Origin: Yuukianura sp. NJ FZ-2021
Lineage: Eukaryota
DNA: 64,000 bases
Direction: 5' to 3'
Assembly: GCA_046563655.1 (NCBI GenBank)
Contig: CM102285.1
Coordinates: forward strand, 372,001 to 436,000
In this document: one piece after another, positions 58,114 to 64,000 of the stretch
Layout of the letters: every line of letters starts with the position of its first letter
Position numbering within the stretch: position 1 is the first letter of the stretch
Notes under the pieces: model-generated
Databases searched by the model: none
The model's input: the letters and a program-made list of their open reading frames with translations, nothing else
What the model was told of the DNA's origin: nothing
Program-made: the position numbers and the translations under genes

Positions 58114-59861
58114 TTACTCTTCTTCTTTTTTTGCTGAATTTTTTGAACCGTGAAGAATTTGGGGTTTGTAGTCCGGTTTGCTTGCTTTAGCAAACAGTTC
58201 AGCATACATCCCCAGTCGCTGGGTCATCTAAAGAAGGTCAAAGGTCAAATGTTAAGTTAGTGTAGACCAAAGGTCAATGACCTCGGTACCTTCTTTTAAA
58301 AACTTACACGAAATCCCCACTTGTCCTTGACCTGACGACAGAGATTAAGATCCATTTCTACGACCAAGAGCCCATTGCGAGTACGAGACAAACCCTGCAA
58401 TGTTCCAAAGGTTTTTGAAATTCAAAATTTCGAAAATTTAATTTTGAAAAGTACATTTTTTAAAAAAAGTTTACAGCAGTTCTGGCGCCATCAGGAGCAG
58501 TGACGTATGACGATCCATAAAAGTGTCCGAAATCGTTGTGCGCCGGTTTTCCATCTCCGGATGTAAATTCATTCGGAAATACTTCCGTCCCAACACGGTT
58601 GATGGCACAAGTGAAGTAATGGTTTGCAATTGCTGCATTACGCGCCTGAATTAAAAATTTCAAAAAACAAAAATTCAATATTTTGCTTATAATTTGAATC
58701 AAAATTTTGAAAAATCGCCTACTTCAATTCCCCAAAGTGGTTCACTTAGATCACCGACAGTTGCTGACGGATTGAACACAATTTCGGCGTTGTTGAGTCC
58801 ATACATCGTCCAGTTGAGCGGATGGTGTCTTCCAAAACAAATGTTGATAGCAATTTTACCAAATGGAGTCTGAAATGACAAACGTCAAAGGTCAAATGTG
58901 AAAGGTCAAAGGTCATTGACCTACCTGGAATACAGGATGACCCAGCGTTGACTCCATGTAGTAAGTAGATTCATTGAAATCCCCCACTCTAGGAATGTGA
59001 TTTTTCCTACTTTTGCCCAAATATTCTCCGTTGTTGCCAATAACAACGGCTGTGTTCCAGAAAACATCGGCGTCGTCCCGCTCCAGGATCGGCGAAATTA
59101 TGACCATGTTGAATCGTTTGGCCAATTCCTGTACAAGAAAAAGTGATATTAGGTTAGTCAGATTAGGCTAACTAGGTTAACTAATTAGGTTAACTGGATT
59201 ATGTTAGGCTAACTTTTAAGAATTGAGTCGTGGGCCCTTCTTCAGCATGTTCGCCGTACTCCGTCCAGGGAAGTCTCTCGCGCGTACAAAAAGCAAACGG
59301 CATGGCTGTAAAACAGAGGAAAAATTGAGGAAAAAGAGGTGAATATTGGCGATTCGCGTTTTTTACGCTCCTAAGGCGCGCAAGCTTGCTTACTCCATGT
59401 TTCCTGGAAACAGAAGATGTTGGCTTTCAGCGCCGATGCAGCTTCGATCGCTTTTGATGCCAAGCTGTAGAGTGCTGATCGCTGCTCGTTGACCGGTGAA
59501 TCAGTGGGAAGTGGCAACTTGTTTTGAAAAAGTGCTACGCGCGTGAGGCGCGGAGGACGCAACTGTTCTGATGCAGCAGTGAACTTTTCCGTTTGAATGT
59601 CAAAATCAGCTGATGGCAACGCAGCGATTTCCCTCGCTTCAGCTGGAATTTCCAGCGTTCTAAATTTTAAAAAAAAAGACACTTAAAAGAAGAAACAAAC
59701 AATTTTTAAAAAATGCGTTTTCATTTTTTAATCCAAGTTTTCTAAAAATTGTAAACTTACTGCGGAGGATATGAAGTACCATAGAGCACTTTCCAAACTT
59801 TCTTCAACTCTGCCTCCGGTAAATGCTTGGTCAAGATGGATTCCATACTTTCTATTTCCAT
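58114..59861 (-). CDS. pyd3: Beta-ureidopropionase (beta-alanine synthase, nitrilase superfamily)
   Basis: Eight exons. Intact triad motifs [25 protein letters not shown] and [12 protein letters not shown], plus EARNAAIAN and [11 protein letters not shown]. Confidence 0.95.
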
Positions 59862-61484
59862 TTTCAAAATTGAGAGGTTTCAAAATTTCAAAAAACCTGA
59901 AAATGAAATCAGAAATTGGAAAATTGTTCACACTGCTCCCAAACAGCTGTTTGTCCTATCTCACACTGACACTGGAAGCTTGAATAGCAAAAGCTGCGTA
60001 TTCCTTATAGCCTTTTTAGATCCAAGTGACCTTGTGCAGATTGACCTTCCAGAAGGTCACACATAATCTCCAACTTCATGCATCTTCACACTCTTATGTG
60101 TTAATGCCATATTTCACATTTCTTTTGAAACTTGTAGAAAAGTAGATAAGAATTACACGCATAAAGTTAAGAAAAGTTAAGAATTTAAAATCGCCAATTT
60201 CAATTTACAGTTTCATGCGATTAGCTAAACAGGAATTAGCTAAACATGCAATATAGTTGAACACTTTTTAAAGTCAGCAGCGGTAAAGAATTTCTGTTCG
60301 ATTGAGTCATGTTCGGTGCTTTTCAAAAGCCAATTTCGCAAAAAGTTTTTTCTTTATTACAACAAAATTCTTTTTAGAACAAAATTGGTTTTACGACAAA
60401 GCTTTTTTTTTTGGTAAAGTTTACTTTCTCTAAGAATTTTTTCCCTCTACACACCTTTTTTCTACTGAACATGAGTCTTGATTCCTTATAAAGTGGAAGT
60501 GAAGTATTAATAAATTAAATAAGTTATTGATTTGTTTGTTGTTCCTGGAATCTGTCCAAAACAGAACCTTATGAGAATGTGTTTTTGTGGATTCTGGAAG
60601 TTACAACTTACAAACACAGCAATCAATCCTCGTAACTCCCGAAGCCTCATAATGTTCCTTGTCTACAGAAATAAAACCATTACGCCCTATGGGGCTTTTC
60701 TTTTTTAGTGCAATTTATTGCCGGGATTTGTTAAAAAACGAAAAAAAGAGAGAGAAAGCGAAGAGAAAGCGAAAAAAAGGAGGGAAAGAGGAAAAACGGA
60801 AAAGATTTGGGAGGAACTCCGTCGATTCAGTCTAAAAACTCATTTTTTTAGAAGCTGAGAATTTTTGAATTTTTGTGAGCAAAATAAAAGGAAAAAAAAT
60901 GGGGAAGAAACTTTTTTGAAGAAAGTTCTTTTAGAATATACTTTTAAAATTTTTCTAACGAAGTAAATAATGTTGTTGTTGTTTTCAAAAATACTTGTGC
61001 TTTGATACGTTTTCAAAAGCTGGACAAAGTTTATGGACGGCTGAGTAGCAGTTTGTGTCATGTTTTTAGAAAAGATTCTAAAATCCTAAAAATAGGAACA
61101 ACTTTTCAAAAAAAAACAGTTCAGAAAAAACTGGTTGCTGAACGACACTGAACTCTTCGCCAAGATCCAATCTACTCAAATGCATTGCAAATATGATACT
61201 TCGATTCGAAAAACAGTTCGGAGCCAAGTGGATCCTACTCGCAAATAGTTTTTGCAAAAAAAAGTTTGCAAAAAGTTGTGCAAAAATAAGGAGCCAAAAT
61301 GTGAATGGAGCTCAAAACTTAGAAGTCACTTTTGTTTTTAAAAATAGTTTAGAAAACAGTCAGAATACGCGGTGAAGGATCTTTTCAATTTCTAAAATTT
61401 TAAGAATTAAAAAAAAAAGTGTCAAAATCAAAAACTAAACGTCTGAAAATCAAAATCAAGTCTTTATGAAGTGTGTTGAAAAAG

Positions 61485-62290
61485 ATGGATTTGGATCCTA
61501 TGAAAAGAAAGATTGTGACCAGATGCATCGGAATATTCGACATGGTGAGTTCATTTTACAAGAAAATTTTTCCAAAAAAGTTTTTTGGTTTTAAATTTTC
61601 AAAATTTTGACTTTTTAGGTTTTGGGCTTGTGTGCATTGGTGTTTAACTTACACACAATGTGGGACTACTACTTGTACGACGTTAGGAAAATACCGCAAA
61701 CTATGACGTACGACGGAATCGAGTACAATTTTACCGAAGGCGCAGAGGACGACGTCGACGCAGTGTCGGAGCAACTACGACATATGAGTAAGTTTCAAAA
61801 TTTTGAAATCCAAAATTTTGAGATCCAAAATTATGAAATCTAAATTTCGAAATTCTTGTTCCGCAGAACTTCCATTTTACTCTTTCGTGATGATTTGCGT
61901 GGTCGTCTTTACACTGAATTTGTTTCAAATTTTTATGGGATTTTCTCTCCAAGTGGCAACATTTGGACGGGTAAAATATTTTTTTTATGTTTTTGAAAAT
62001 TCCCGGGTTTCAAAATTTTGAAATTTTGATAGAATCAAGCAGCGTCAATCAACATAGCAATTTGTTGGCTCCGGAGTTCCTTGACCCTGCTGTTCCTCGT
62101 GTCACTCAAAACGATTGTTCTAGCAATTGCATTCCTCTGTGAGGAAATGGAAGCTGATTGGGTCACTTTCGGAATCGGAGTGACCGAAATCCTTTTTCGG
62201 ACGTTCGGTTCTTACTGGGTGCCAAAATTCATTAATTTTCTCAAATGTCAGTATCAGTTTGACTCAAGATGTCACGTAATGAGAATTTAA
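61485..62290 (+). CDS. Small four-transmembrane protein of unknown function
   Basis: Four in-frame exons (61485-61544, 61619-61787, 61867-61970, 62033-62290) with four hydrophobic segments. Confidence 0.75.
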
Positions 62291-62455
62291 GTTTAGCTAA
62301 ATCTAATAAGCTTAATCTATTTAGATTGATTAATCTAACTTTAATAATTAACAAAGACTGGTATACTTTTTTACGTCAGGAAAACTAAAAACACGAAAAA
62401 TTGAGTTAAAAATGTTTCAAAACATATTTTTTAAGTAAAATCTCGCAAAAACGTT

Positions 62456-62530
62456 GCTGTGGAAACCAGCGACTTGGTTAGCATCCGCTATTCAAAACAG
62501 GGTCAGGCCAGTTCGAAACCTGGTTGGAGC
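62456..62530 (+). repeat. Degenerate tRNA-derived/SINE-like fragment (second copy at about 63812-63882)
   Basis: TGGTTAGC D-loop-like motif, B box AGTTCGAAACC and a downstream T run. No convincing cloverleaf. Confidence 0.4.
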
Positions 62531-62633
62531 AAAATACTTTTTTGAAGAAAAAGTTAAATTTTAGGTTTTTAAAAAAAAGTTAAATAAGTTTTAATCGGTT
62601 TTAGTCAATGTTAGGACGCTGAATTTCTAAAAA

Positions 62634-62921
62634 ATGCCGCTCAACAGACGCAGGTCGAGCTCCGTGATGCTGGAAAGTCAAATCCTGGAGAGAATTGGTG
62701 AATGTGAGCACTGTTTCCCTCTGTACTCCTACTATGCTGACAGCATAAGTGACACTGGACGGAGTACTACGACTGACGACCAAGTGGATCACGTCGCTCG
62801 CATGTTTGGGTTGCCATCGCTACCGACACGAAAACAGCTTATAGCCAAAAGGAAAGCAGAAGCACAGTGGGGCAGAATCAAAAATAACAGGCCACGGTTG
62901 TTAGGGGAAACGTTGAGTTAA
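62634..62921 (+). CDS. Hypothetical 95-aa basic protein (a second copy starts at 63990)
   Basis: AAAATG start, coding-like composition, and the same start TTTYWAAAAAATGCCGCTCAA repeated at the window end. Confidence 0.45.
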   Translation: MPLNRRRSSSVMLESQILERIGECEHCFPLYSYYADSISDTGRSTTTDDQVDHVARMFGLPSLPTRKQLIAKRKAEAQWGRIKNNRPRLLGETLS

Positions 62922-63083
62922 TTTTTGTAATTACATTAAAAGTGAATGTCAAAATCAGGATTTACGCGGATCGAAATCCCGAAAAATCCCGGTAACCCAC
63001 TGCTAATCTAAAAGTTGGAATAAAAACTAGACACCGTCATGTACCAAGTCCGACTGCCACTTCGTGCCACTTTGGCACTTGTC

Positions 63084-63650
63084 GTACAATGTCACCGAAG
63101 ACGCAGAGGAAGACGTTGACGCAGTGTCGGAGCAACTACGACATATGAGTAAAAGTTTCAAAACTTTGGAATCCAGAATTTTGAAATCCAAAATATGAAA
63201 TCTAAATTTCGAAATTCTTGTTCCACAGAACTTCCATTTTACTCTTTCGTGATGATTTGCGTGGTCGTCTTTACGCTGAATCTGTTCCAAATTTTTATGG
63301 GATTTTCTCTCCAAGTCGCCACATTTGGGCGGGTAATTTTTTGTTTTTCGCTTTTCAAAATTTCCGGGTTCAAAATTTTGAAATTTTGATAGAATCAAGC
63401 AGCGTCAATCAACATAGCAATTTGTTGGCTCCGGAGTTCCTTGACCTTGCTATTTCTCGTGTCACTCAAAACAATTGTTTTAGCAATTGCATTCCTCTGT
63501 GAGGAAATGGAACCTGATTGGATCACGTTCGGAATCGGAGTAACCGAAATCCTTTTTCGGACGTTCGGTTCTTACTGGGTGCCAAAATTCATTAATTTTC
63601 TCAAATGTCAGTATCAGTTTGACTCAAGATGTCACGTGATGAGAATTTAA
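63084..63650 (+). pseudogene. 5'-truncated duplicate of the 4-TM gene (or an alternative 3' cassette)
   Basis: Near-identical to 61724-62290 including introns, but lacks exon 1 and the start of exon 2. Confidence 0.6.
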
Positions 63651-64000
63651 GTTTAGTTAAAGCTAAATCTAATTAGATTAATTAATCTAACTTGAATAAT
63701 TAACAAAGACTGTTATAATTTTTTACGTCAAGAAAACTAAAAACACGAAAAATTGAATTAAAAACGTTAAAAATTTTTTTTTTGAAGTAAAATCTAGTAA
63801 AAACGTTGATTTGGAAACCAACGACATGGTTAGCCTCCGCACTTCTAAACAGGGTGAGGCCAGTTCGAAACCTAGTTGGAGCAAAATACTTTTTTTTTGA
63901 AGAAAAAGATAAATTTTATAGCTTGTTAAGTGTTCTGACCAGCTTTACTCAGTGCAAGCGATGCTGAGCTAGACGCTGATTTTCAAAAAATGCCGCTCAA

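Overview
AT-rich, compact, intron-rich eukaryotic (animal, most likely arthropod) genomic DNA. No prokaryotic features or CRISPR arrays were seen. Spliced genes reconstructed by hand: Hnf4 nuclear receptor (+), two small secreted proteins that share a duplicated promoter and signal peptide (+), an AMFR/gp78-like RING-H2 ligase (+), an uncharacterised multi-exon gene (-), cornichon (-), and a four-repeat CNGK/tetraKCNG-type K+-selective cyclic-nucleotide channel (+, about 14.5 kb). Further along are a single-pass Cys-rich membrane protein with a MYCBP-like gene nested antisense in its intron, two tandem beta-ureidopropionase (pyd3/UPB1) copies (-), and a partly duplicated 4-TM gene. Introns and intergenic DNA carry many non-autonomous DNA transposons (hAT, Harbinger-like, Sola2-like, Tc1/pogo-like), several of them nested. 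Most notable: (1) one pyd3 paralog keeps an intact ORF and splice sites but has lost two of its three catalytic residues; (2) in the CNGK channel only the third nucleotide-binding domain retains the FGE...R cassette; (3) two introns are filled by a foldback element made of two outward-facing tRNA-like Pol III units; (4) an AGGTCA/TGACCT DR1-type motif recurs upstream of Hnf4, at intron 3' ends and inside coding exons in different frames. Exon boundaries and family assignments come from manual reading and recall of homologs, with no database searches.
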